Assembly (NCBI GenBank): GCA_964519305.1
Contig: CAZFHY010000020.1
Span: 1 to 21,732, forward strand
From: Candidatus Undinarchaeota archaeon
GTDB lineage: Archaea; SpSt-1190; JASMDC01
Reading direction: 5' to 3'
Length of the DNA stretch: 21,732 nucleotides
Shown here: in pieces, positions 9,191 to 16,414 of the stretch
Numbering within the stretch: the stretch's first letter is position 1
How the letters are laid out: the number at the start of each line of letters is the position of its first letter
The notes under the pieces: model-generated
Database searches by the model: none
What the model saw: the letters and a program-made list of their open reading frames with translations, nothing else
What the model was told of the DNA's origin: nothing
Position numbers and translations under genes: made by a program

Positions 9191-10279
9191 TCAGCCCCAG
9201 AGCTCGTAGGCGGGATCGCCTTCCTCGCCATCTATGGCCTCGATGGCCTCCTTCTCGGGTGAGACGTTCCCGTAGAGGTCGAGCTGGTGGGTACCGCTGT
9301 CGTACTCTCGTGCGCGCACGTACCCGAACACACCCTTTTTGAGGGCGTTCTGGTTCAGGTAGGTGGTGGTCTCCCATTCGCGCTCGTTGAAGGTGACGTG
9401 GGTCTCCCGTTCACGGCGGTTCTCCCGTATCTGGAGGCTGCCCATGTCGATGCAGTAGCCACCCCCGTCCATCTTGGTGAGCTTGATCTCCTCGCCGTCG
9501 ATCTTCACACCGTTCTCGAGCTGCTCGTAGTCGAGGGTGCGCCTGTAGCCGTTCTCCTTCTTGAGCTTGACCTCCTTGCGGTCCAGGTCGAAGAATAGCT
9601 CGAAGTCATCCTTCCAGGCCCGCACCTCGCACCCGTAGGCGTGGGTGTGGCCCGACACCGAGAGCAGCGGGCGGATCTCGTCGGTGAAGGCGCGCAGCTC
9701 GCTCTCGTAGTTGTTGCGGAAGCGGTGGTAACCGGTTCCCTTGGGCGGGGCGTGGCTGACCACGATGGTGTCCTTACCCTGGCTCCCGGAGTCCTTTGCC
9801 AGCTTGTAGCCGTCATCGAGCCATCCGCGGATGATGTCGTTCTCGTGATGGCCAGGCGTGTGGGGGTACTGGGTGGGGCCCTCGCCGCCCATGGCGACGA
9901 ACGAGTAGCCACCGGCCTTCCGGTGGTCGCCCACGACGTAGTCGACGTTATCGAACTTGTTGCACACCTTCTCCACGACCTCCATGCGGTCGTGATTGCC
10001 GTGGATGGTGTACACGGGCTTCCCGACGGCGTTCAGCTTCTCGAACGCATAATCGAGGTGCTTCTCCTCCCAGAACGGTGTGTCGTAATCGGTGTAGTCA
10101 CCAGCGGTCACGATTGCATCGACTTCAAGCTCCTTTGCCTTGTCATCGATGTCCTGGAAGTATCTATCGAGCTCCTGGCGGTTAGAACGGGGTCGGTCGC
10201 GGACGTGCACGTCAGTAACAAAGAGCATCTTGACGTCCTTTGTCACGCCCTGATCTGTCGGCCCGTAATCCTCGAACAT
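9191..10279 (-). CDS. Calcineurin-like metallophosphoesterase with C-terminal extension
   Basis: TDVH, AGDY, GNHD, SHAPP and SGHTH metal-binding motifs. Confidence 0.9.
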   Translation of the reverse strand: MFEDYGPTDQGVTKDVKMLFVTDVHVRDRPRSNRQELDRYFQDIDDKAKELEVDAIVTAGDYTDYDTPFWEEKHLDYAFEKLNAVGKPVYTIHGNHDRMEVVEKVCNKFDNVDYVVGDHRKAGGYSFVAMGGEGPTQYPHTPGHHENDIIRGWLDDGYKLAKDSGSQGKDTIVVSHAPPKGTGYHRFRNNYESELRAFTDEIRPLLSVSGHTHAYGCEVRAWKDDFELFFDLDRKEVKLKKENGYRRTLDYEQLENGVKIDGEEIKLTKMDGGGYCIDMGSLQIRENRRERETHVTFNEREWETTTYLNQNALKKGVFGYVRAREYDSGTHQLDLYGNVSPEKEAIEAIDGEEGDPAYELWG

Positions 10280-10307
10280 GGTATATCACGCTGTAGCGCA
10301 GGAGTTA

Positions 10308-11279
10308 CTACTCTATAGTAGTTTCAGCTATATAAACCTTTTCCTTTTCGGCCTCAATCGTCGCACGTAGCCCCTCTTCGAGGGTGGTCCGGGCTACGAA
10401 TTCCAGACATTTCTTCGCGGATCCCACATCGGCCTTGCTCTCTTGGATGTCCCCTGGGCGGGGCGGACCATGCTTCACAGCTACAGGATCGTCAAGGGAA
10501 GCGTTCACGGCCATAGCGAGGTCGTTTACCGTCACCGGCGCTCCGGGTGCGATATTGAAGGCCCGACCAGGGTAGTCCGCGGTCCGCTCCAGTGCGGTCA
10601 CAAAGGCGTCGCATACGTCGCTCACGTACACAAGTTCACGGGTCTGCGTACCATCGCCGTGCACCTTCATCGATTCGCCAGCGAGCCCTGCTGACACGAA
10701 CGCCGGCACAACTGCGGCGTACTCGGAGTCTGCCCGTTGCCGGGGACCGTACACGTTGAAAAGCCTCAGTGAGATGCCCATAAGTCCACGTTCCAATCCG
10801 AACATGCGCACCAGGGACTCAGCTGCGAGCTTGGAGGTGCCGTAGGGAGAGAGGGGACGCACGGGTGAGTCCTCTGACAGCGGAGGCGGCGTATCACCGT
10901 ACACGGCGGCCGATGAGGCAAAGACAAATGATGTAATCCCGGCATCAGCAGCGTCCTCGAGCACTGCCAGCGTGCCTCTGACGTTCGCGTCGAAGGTCGC
11001 CCAAGGGTCCTTCATGGAGGCGGCCACGCTCACGTCTGCAGCGAGGTGTACAACGCCATCAACCTTTCGGAACTCTCGCGATGTTGCGTCTCGGACATCC
11101 ATATCATAGAGCGTCACTCGCTCCTCGGGGAGGGGATTGAGGTTCTCGAGACTGCCTGTGGAGAGGTCATCGATCACCAATACCTCTTTGGCACCACGCT
11201 GGAGCAATGCCCCTACAAGATGGGAGCCGATGAACCCGGCCCCACCGGTAACCAGGATACGCGCCCCGTCAACCTGCAT
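10308..11279 (-). CDS. NAD-dependent epimerase/dehydratase (UDP-glucose 4-epimerase-like SDR)
   Basis: ILVTGGAGFIGSHL, HLAA, ASSAAVYG, SPYGTSK (YxxxK) and RLFNVYGP. The true start is ATG 11279 (MQVDG); the longer ORF overlaps aroD. Confidence 0.93.
   Translation of the reverse strand: MQVDGARILVTGGAGFIGSHLVGALLQRGAKEVLVIDDLSTGSLENLNPLPEERVTLYDMDVRDATSREFRKVDGVVHLAADVSVAASMKDPWATFDANVRGTLAVLEDAADAGITSFVFASSAAVYGDTPPPLSEDSPVRPLSPYGTSKLAAESLVRMFGLERGLMGISLRLFNVYGPRQRADSEYAAVVPAFVSAGLAGESMKVHGDGTQTRELVYVSDVCDAFVTALERTADYPGRAFNIAPGAPVTVNDLAMAVNASLDDPVAVKHGPPRPGDIQESKADVGSAKKCLEFVARTTLEEGLRATIEAEKEKVYIAETTIE
10328..10346 (-). promoter_or_regulatory. BRE/TATA promoter for the metallophosphoesterase, inside the 3' end of the epimerase gene
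   Basis: Minus strand reads GGAAAAGGTTTATATAG, ~50 nt upstream of ATG 10279. Confidence 0.55.
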
Positions 11280-11295
11280 GGAAAACGTGACCGAG

Positions 11296-11313
11296 TGGCA
11301 TTTAAATGGTTTT
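11296..11313. promoter_or_regulatory. Palindromic TATA box shared by the divergent epimerase and aroD genes
   Basis: CATTTAAATG palindrome at 11299-11308, centred ~25 nt from ATG 11279 (minus) and ~28 nt from GTG 11331 (plus). Confidence 0.55.
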
Positions 11314-11330
11314 GCTGCGACCTCCGATAC

Positions 11331-12017
11331 GTGAAGGGCACGGAAAATGAACGGGCTCGTATCTGTGCGGTGGTAGCCGCCGATACGGTCGATGCGATGG
11401 TGGACCGGGCCATGGAGGCAGTAGAGGACGCCGACCTCGTTGAGTTCCGTATCGACCATCTTATCTCTCTTGAGCAGCTTGATGGACTGAAGGAGTACGC
11501 CGCTCTCCCGGCGATCCTGACCCTCCGGTCCGCTACACAGGGCGGAAAGAGTGAACTGACAGGGGACGCGCGTCGGACGGTCCTGGAGCGCATTATACAT
11601 CTCGGACCGGCGTACATCGACCTTGAGTTCGGGAACGGTGACAATGAGCTGATTGCGACCGCCAAGGACGCTGGAGTGGGCACCATCCTCTCTTTCCACG
11701 ACTTCGAGGGTACTCCCGAAGGGATCTCGGACATCGCTCAGGAGATGGCGGGCACTGATGCCGACATCATCAAGCTGGTCACCACTGCTGGCTCATGGAG
11801 GGACGAGCTCGCGTTGCTGACGCTTGATCAACGATACACCGAGCGAGGAATCGTCGCCTTCTGCATGGGCGAACTCGGCGTGCTATCCCGCGTTCTCTGT
11901 CCACTAATCGGTGGGCGGTTCACATATGCCTTCGCGGGCAGGAGTACGGCCAATGGCCAGATTTCGTTATCAGAGCTACGAAATATGTTTAATAACGCTC
12001 ATTTGTACGGCGAATAA
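11331..12017 (+). CDS. aroD: Type I 3-dehydroquinate dehydratase
   Basis: ADLVEFRID, ILTLRS..QGG, YIDLE, ILSFHDF..TP, ADIIKLV (Schiff-base Lys), MGELG..SR, FTYA and GQI motifs. Confidence 0.92.
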   Translation: MKGTENERARICAVVAADTVDAMVDRAMEAVEDADLVEFRIDHLISLEQLDGLKEYAALPAILTLRSATQGGKSELTGDARRTVLERIIHLGPAYIDLEFGNGDNELIATAKDAGVGTILSFHDFEGTPEGISDIAQEMAGTDADIIKLVTTAGSWRDELALLTLDQRYTERGIVAFCMGELGVLSRVLCPLIGGRFTYAFAGRSTANGQISLSELRNMFNNAHLYGE

Positions 12018-12040
12018 CGTAGAAATATATACAATCCTAC

Positions 12041-12057
12041 CGGAAGGTATTTATACC
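12041..12057 (+). promoter_or_regulatory. BRE/TATA promoter of the leader-microprotein locus
   Basis: CGGAAGGTATTTATACC with TTTATA at 12050-12055, implying a TSS near 12080. Confidence 0.55.
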
Positions 12058-12080
12058 ATACCGTGCTAGACTATAGCATA

Positions 12081-12275
12081 ATCATTCCCGGAGCAGGACC
12101 ATATGATTGCGTATACAAGAGGAAAGGTATTGGTACCGATCTTTATTATTGCGCGCAATCATGCCTGCATGCGCTGGTTGTAGCGCAAGGGGATGATGAA
12201 AACAACGCCGCGATTGTTTTTTGACCCTCTTTCTAAGACGCCATACGGCTAACAGTCGTTCCCGTCGCGGCGTTG
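12081..12275 (+). ncRNA. Candidate structured leader RNA or sRNA (three-way junction plus T-tract hairpin)
   Basis: Hand-found helices 12081-12089/12189-12197, 12093-12097/12164-12168, 12103-12111/12154-12162 and 12170-12175/12182-12187. Hairpin 12199-12220 runs into T6. Alternative 11-bp pairing 12203-12213/12265-12275. I recognise no known family. Confidence 0.45.
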
Positions 12276-12351
12276 GGGGCGCACGCGCCGATATCCGAAC
12301 TCCACGAGATAACCGAGAACACGACAAGGACGACACAAGGAGGTAATGACT

Positions 12352-12489
12352 ATGTCACTTGAAGAGACCATGGAACTTATCATAAACGTCATGCAATTCG
12401 CTGACTCGTGGGAGAGCCGCCGCGCTCAGGCCCCGGAGGAACAGGCCAGTGCCCCGCTCTTCCTCGCATACGAAGGAATGCTCTCCTGA
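12352..12489 (+). CDS. 45-aa microprotein A: MSLEETMELIINVMQFADSWESRRAQAPEEQASAPLFLAYEGMLS (not in the ORF track)
   Basis: SD AAGGAGGT upstream; 30/45 aa identical to the adjacent paralog with mostly synonymous differences. In-frame ATG 12346 is an alternative start. Confidence 0.85.
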   Translation: MSLEETMELIINVMQFADSWESRRAQAPEEQASAPLFLAYEGMLS

Positions 12490-12527
12490 GCAGACACACA
12501 CCATCAACGACACAAGAGGAACAGATC

Positions 12528-12665
12528 ATGTCAATGGAAGAGACTATGGAGCTGATCATCGACGTAATGCAGTTCGCCGACTCATGGGAGAGCCAGCGAT
12601 ACAATGAGGACACGCCGATGGCCGAGACTCCTCTCCTACTCGCCTATGAGGGCTTGCTCACCTAG
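12528..12665 (+). CDS. 45-aa microprotein B: MSMEETMELIIDVMQFADSWESQRYNEDTPMAETPLLLAYEGLLT
   Basis: SD GAGGA upstream, same length as and paralogous to microprotein A. The 85-aa ORF-track version has a spurious N-terminal extension. Confidence 0.85.
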   Translation: MSMEETMELIIDVMQFADSWESQRYNEDTPMAETPLLLAYEGLLT

Positions 12666-12680
12666 GCGAGTTATGTTCAT

Positions 12681-12797
12681 GTGCCGGGGCGGGACTCCCC
12701 TCCTTCCCCTCCCCGCCCCGAGCACTCCCTATGCGGTGGTCCGTGCGACCACACCGGACCGCCGCACCTCTTTCTCGGGCTTGGTCGGGCACCGACC
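12681..12797 (+). terminator. Three GC-rich hairpins downstream of the microproteins (3' UTR structure/terminator)
   Basis: Stems 12681-12693/12712-12725 (one bulge), 12732-12743/12755-12766 (12 bp, one G-U) and 12783-12788/12792-12797. Confidence 0.55.
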
Positions 12798-12832
12798 CCT
12801 TAATAAAGATTGGCCCCATCCTCCTTTTCAGG

Positions 12833-13564
12833 ATGCATGAGGTGTCCAAGGTCGCTAGGGCTTGGCTTGTCGTGTTTACGGCGGTCGCACTCATCCTTAC
12901 CCTAGCAGTTGCAGATGACGTTCTTGTTGAGTGCGAGGACCTGCAGGGGCGTGATTTCGACCAGTGCGTCAGGGACGCGATCGCGACCATCCCGCTAAAC
13001 CTGTCCAAGGAGATGCTCGGTTCCTGCGCGACCGTCCAGGACGAGTACCTCAGGGCAGAGTGTATAGCCATCATCGCGTATCGCCTCCTCCCCGTCGACG
13101 CGAACCGTGCACTCGACGCATGCAACTCGATCGAATCGGAGGAGCATCGGAGCGCATGCCTCGGCCTCATCGCTGCTCGACGTGCGGAGAACGATCCTGC
13201 TCTTGTCGCACAGGAGAGCGCACGACTGCCCTCCGATGAGGCCCGCATCTGGCTTGTGGCGCTCCTTCGCGATTACACTGACAGACATGGCGCTGCCAAA
13301 GGGCTCGGGTTGTGCACAACCTTCGCTCCCTCGCTCCAGCGTTATTGTGTCGACCTGAGCGTATCCTGGCTGAACACGTCCCACGCAGATCTGTGCGAGG
13401 GGATCCAGTTTCCGGACTTGAAACGACGATGCAGGGCGCGAACATCGGGGGACCTCTTATCCGAGCCCCAAGCTGATGGCACGACCTTCGCTGTTTTCGT
13501 ACTCCTGATCGTCTCTGTTGGAACACTCGGGATAATGCACATCGAGGTCAAGCACTACTACTGA
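12833..13564 (+). CDS. Secreted, C-terminally anchored Cys-repeat surface protein
   Basis: Signal peptide MHEVSKVARAWLVVFTAVALILTLAVA, five C-x10/11-C pairs and a C-terminal TM helix FAVFVLLIVSVGTLGIM. TTAATAAA lies ~30 nt upstream of ATG 12833. Confidence 0.75.
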   Translation: MHEVSKVARAWLVVFTAVALILTLAVADDVLVECEDLQGRDFDQCVRDAIATIPLNLSKEMLGSCATVQDEYLRAECIAIIAYRLLPVDANRALDACNSIESEEHRSACLGLIAARRAENDPALVAQESARLPSDEARIWLVALLRDYTDRHGAAKGLGLCTTFAPSLQRYCVDLSVSWLNTSHADLCEGIQFPDLKRRCRARTSGDLLSEPQADGTTFAVFVLLIVSVGTLGIMHIEVKHYY

Positions 13565-14046
13565 TCATCCCTCGAGGGAACCAACCGGCCTTCCCGGTCG
13601 ATGACACCCTCCCTGATGCGTGTTGACGAGATACGTACGCGATCATCGGCCATCACGAACTCGATTGTGACTATGTCCATGGGCGGCAGGCCGTTGCTCT
13701 GTCGCTGCTCGTTGATGCCAATGGCGATGGGCTCCGTCTCAGGTGATACCACCAAAGCATCTATCACAGGATCAGTTGCCGTCGGTCCAGCCGTATCGGT
13801 AAGGACGATAATCTCGGCCCGCTCATCGAGCCCGCTGGAGGAAAGGAACACTTCCACGGCCTTTCTGCGCGCTTCGAGTCCCTCGAGTTGTTGGCCTGCT
13901 CGTTTCCGACCGAGCATCTCTTCTGCAGTTATCCCGATTAGTACGTGGTCGCCGAGGTCGAAGGCCTTTCTGAGGATCGCCTCGTGGCCTCGATGGAACC
14001 GGTCGAAGGTCCCTCCAACCGCCACACGGGCGTATCGGCGCACCAT
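13558..14046 (-). CDS. coaD: Phosphopantetheine adenylyltransferase (archaeal type)
   Basis: VAVGGTFDRFHRGH (HxGH), LVVSPET, IN..R..NGL.P and ISSTRIREG.ID..G motifs. TTTTAAAA ~25 nt upstream. Confidence 0.93.
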   Translation of the reverse strand: MVRRYARVAVGGTFDRFHRGHEAILRKAFDLGDHVLIGITAEEMLGRKRAGQQLEGLEARRKAVEVFLSSSGLDERAEIIVLTDTAGPTATDPVIDALVVSPETEPIAIGINEQRQSNGLPPMDIVTIEFVMADDRVRISSTRIREGVIDREGRLVPSRDDQ

Positions 14047-14102
14047 GTGTCACGAGAAGTCGGGGAGATTTTAAAAAACGTGGGGCGGCCGGACCGGCCG
14101 GT

Positions 14103-14549
14103 TCACGTCGGAGGGAAAGCGTCCAGCGGACCTCGGGAACCACTACGTCGTTTCCCCTTAGCCTTACCGCTCCGCCAGATGAAGACGTATCTTGAGGGCA
14201 CTCCACCCTCAGCGCCCATATGCAGCCCACAGGCCGTGCACACGCGCCCCTGGAGGCGCCGCTTCCCGAACAGGTCCTTGCCCCATCGGGCATGGAGATT
14301 GGCTCCGCAGCAAGGGCAGCTGTCCAGTTCGGTCTCGTCCCCCTGGCGCAGTTCCACCTGCACCTCGACCTGCGGGATCCGCAAGGCGATGCGTCGGAGT
14401 CGCCCCCCACCTACGGCGTAGGCTGAGTCGAGGTCACGGAGTCGCGCTGCCACCATCTGGGCAAGCTTCCGCTGGGAATGTATCACACCATGGGAACGGA
14501 GGACCTCTATGATGGCCCAGGACACTATATCATCGGACGGCTTGCGCAC
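14103..14549 (-). CDS. Hypothetical protein with wHTH-like N-terminus and zinc ribbon
   Basis: CPCCG...CTACG Cys pairs, SQ..L..MV helix and P.RY.F motif; basic protein; GTG start. Confidence 0.7.
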   Translation of the reverse strand: MRKPSDDIVSWAIIEVLRSHGVIHSQRKLAQMVAARLRDLDSAYAVGGGRLRRIALRIPQVEVQVELRQGDETELDSCPCCGANLHARWGKDLFGKRRLQGRVCTACGLHMGAEGGVPSRYVFIWRSGKAKGKRRSGSRGPLDAFPPT

Positions 14550-14601
14550 GGTGGGAGGTTCCCCACCTATACATTTAATCCTTGCGGACAGGCACGTTCG
14601 A

Positions 14602-15642
14602 CTAGGCCCCGACCAAGGTCTCGTAGAGGTCGATGATGCCTGCTCCGTACTCGTGATCGTTGTACTCGGCAGGCTGTCGTGCCCCTCCCTTCATAGCGCC
14701 CATGATGTCGTCAGGCGTCATGCTCGTGTCCTTGCCCTTGAGCAGAGCGGCCGCACCGGCTGCGTGCGGAGACGCGAACGAAGTACCGGACCCAAGCCGG
14801 TAGCCACCACCCACCTTGGGCAGGGTGACCTTCTCCCCTGGTGCCATGAGGTCGAGACCGGTCGTCTCCCCGTAGCATGAGAACGAGGACCGTTTCTCGC
14901 CACTGTTCACCGAGCCGACGCTTAGGTTCCAGTCGTAGGCCGAGGGATAGTGCCAGATGTGGTCGGTACCGTAGTTACCAGATGAGCACGCCACCGTGAT
15001 GCCCGCATCGTGCACACGCTTGTACACTTCCTTCTCTGCAGAGCTTTCCCGGCCATACCTCCCGAACGAGCAGTTGATCACGTCCACGCCAAGGTCCATG
15101 GCCTTGTCGATGCCCTTGAGCGTGGTCGAGAACTTCGTGTCCGAGGCATTTGTCCCGAACACCTTGATCGAGTAGACCTCTACGTCAGGAGCGACCTGTG
15201 CCACCAGGCCCGCAGTGCCTGTGCCGTGACCGTGCGTATCGCGCACGTTGTCAGAATCATCGAGCACGTTGTAGCCGTGGACGTCCATACCGTTAAAGAC
15301 CTCATGGGAAAAGTCGCATCCCGTATCGACGACAGCTACTTTCACTCCGGCCCCGGTATAACCTGCTTCGTGGGCCTCTTGCACTCGGAGCATATCGAGG
15401 TTCCATCCGGACTCCGGTACGTCCGTCGGTTCATCGGGCTGCTCCTCAAGCTCCTCGAGGTGAACGTCGAAGTCCTCCACTACCATTCCGTAGGCCTTGA
15501 GGGCGGTGTCGTCCTCAGCCCGTACCAGGGCGGCCCGCAGGTGGGTATAGGTCTCGACGATTTTCGCACCCGTGGTCTCGATCTCCTTAAAGGATTTTGA
15601 GGCCACACCATCTCTCGCAAGGACGATATATTCTCGCACCAT
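14602..15642 (-). CDS. Subtilisin-like S8 serine protease with short I9-like propeptide, no signal peptide
   Basis: Catalytic triad VAVVDTG / HGHGT / SGTSFASPH and oxyanion SSGN. BRE/TATA GGAAAAGATTATATA upstream on the minus strand. Confidence 0.95.
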   Translation of the reverse strand: MVREYIVLARDGVASKSFKEIETTGAKIVETYTHLRAALVRAEDDTALKAYGMVVEDFDVHLEELEEQPDEPTDVPESGWNLDMLRVQEAHEAGYTGAGVKVAVVDTGCDFSHEVFNGMDVHGYNVLDDSDNVRDTHGHGTGTAGLVAQVAPDVEVYSIKVFGTNASDTKFSTTLKGIDKAMDLGVDVINCSFGRYGRESSAEKEVYKRVHDAGITVACSSGNYGTDHIWHYPSAYDWNLSVGSVNSGEKRSSFSCYGETTGLDLMAPGEKVTLPKVGGGYRLGSGTSFASPHAAGAAALLKGKDTSMTPDDIMGAMKGGARQPAEYNDHEYGAGIIDLYETLVGA

Positions 15643-15703
15643 ACTGTCCCGGTCCCAGCGAGAATCTGCGGGTCAGCCGGTATATAATCTTTTCCATAAG
15701 ACG

Positions 15704-16327
15704 TCAGGACACCATCCCCGCAAGTGTCCCCGCGACCGATGGAAAAGCCACTTCGACACCGCCGCGCTTGTGCGGTAGGAAGTATGCACGCTCCCGGTCC
15801 ACGATGAGGATGTCGGCTTCCCCCTCGACCTGACGCACCGTGACTGGTATACGCTCTGATACCTCGTTGAGCGTCCGTCGGAACTTCTTCTCCGTCCCGT
15901 TGGCATTGAGCAGGATGAGCTCACGCTTGGCCGAGCGCATCATGTCCCGGAGGCGGCCCCGGGCGACCTCCTTCATGGTGTGGTACCACACGCCTGCCGT
16001 TTCAGGGGACTCACGGGACATCGATCCGGCCCGCTGGACGAAGTCGTGCTTGAGCTCGTCCTTCTCCCGTCGCCGGACCTCAAGGAGGCGTTCGATGCAC
16101 AAGTGCGGCTCCTCGGCCCGGTAGACGAAGGGGGAGCGGACCGAGCGGGTAACGAAGCCGATGGACTCCAGGCCTCTGGCCGCCTCGTAGCACTTATTGC
16201 TCGGAATGTCGCCATATCTGGCGATGCGTGATGCCGTCAGGTCGCCGTACCTCAGGAGGGTGAGGTACACACGCGCCTGGTACGTTGTGAGCCCTAGCTC
16301 GTTCAGGTTCGCGATGAGCTGCTTCAT
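15704..16327 (-). CDS. TrmB family transcriptional regulator
   Basis: LNELGLTTYQARVYLTLL..G.LTAS.IA....IP..K.Y.....L...GFV N-terminal HTH and ILIVDRE C-terminal motif. Confidence 0.9.
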   Translation of the reverse strand: MKQLIANLNELGLTTYQARVYLTLLRYGDLTASRIARYGDIPSNKCYEAARGLESIGFVTRSVRSPFVYRAEEPHLCIERLLEVRRREKDELKHDFVQRAGSMSRESPETAGVWYHTMKEVARGRLRDMMRSAKRELILLNANGTEKKFRRTLNEVSERIPVTVRQVEGEADILIVDRERAYFLPHKRGGVEVAFPSVAGTLAGMVS

Positions 16328-16414
16328 GAATGGAGTTTCGTTCGTCGACGCTTAAACGCCTGACAGGGGCAGGGTTCCGGCAATGAGTGTTAAGTGGAAC
16401 GTTCCATCGACGGC

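Noticed and set aside
11046-11699. Apparent long overlap of the 463-aa epimerase and 323-aa AroD ORFs
   Set aside because: Both domains begin near 11279 and 11331; the extensions are antisense open frames.
11331-12017. Isolated aroD as a sign of a novel pathway
   Set aside because: Scattered shikimate-pathway genes are common in archaea, and the rest of the genome is not visible.
12118-12126. GAGGAAAG resembling the RNase P RNA CR-I motif
   Set aside because: It lacks the following TCC, and there is no matching CR-V (ACAnAAnnnGGCTTA) downstream.
12193-12199. ATGATGA as a C box of a C/D sRNA or a hammerhead core
   Set aside because: There is no CTGA D or D' box in the following ~60 nt and no CUGANGA core; the motif is explained by the P1 helix.
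12424-12447. CAGGCCCCGGAGGAACAG resembling SRP RNA helix 8
   Set aside because: The stem and AGCA motif are incomplete, and the sequence lies inside the microprotein A coding region.
12408-12527. N-terminal 40 aa of the 85-aa ORF in the ORF track
   Set aside because: It overlaps microprotein A out of frame; the SD and paralogy place the start at 12528.
12352-12665. Microproteins as type I toxin-antitoxin toxins, or the duplication as a CRISPR repeat
   Set aside because: The peptides are acidic with no TM-length hydrophobic run. The copies diverge at third codon positions, as coding paralogs do and CRISPR repeats do not.
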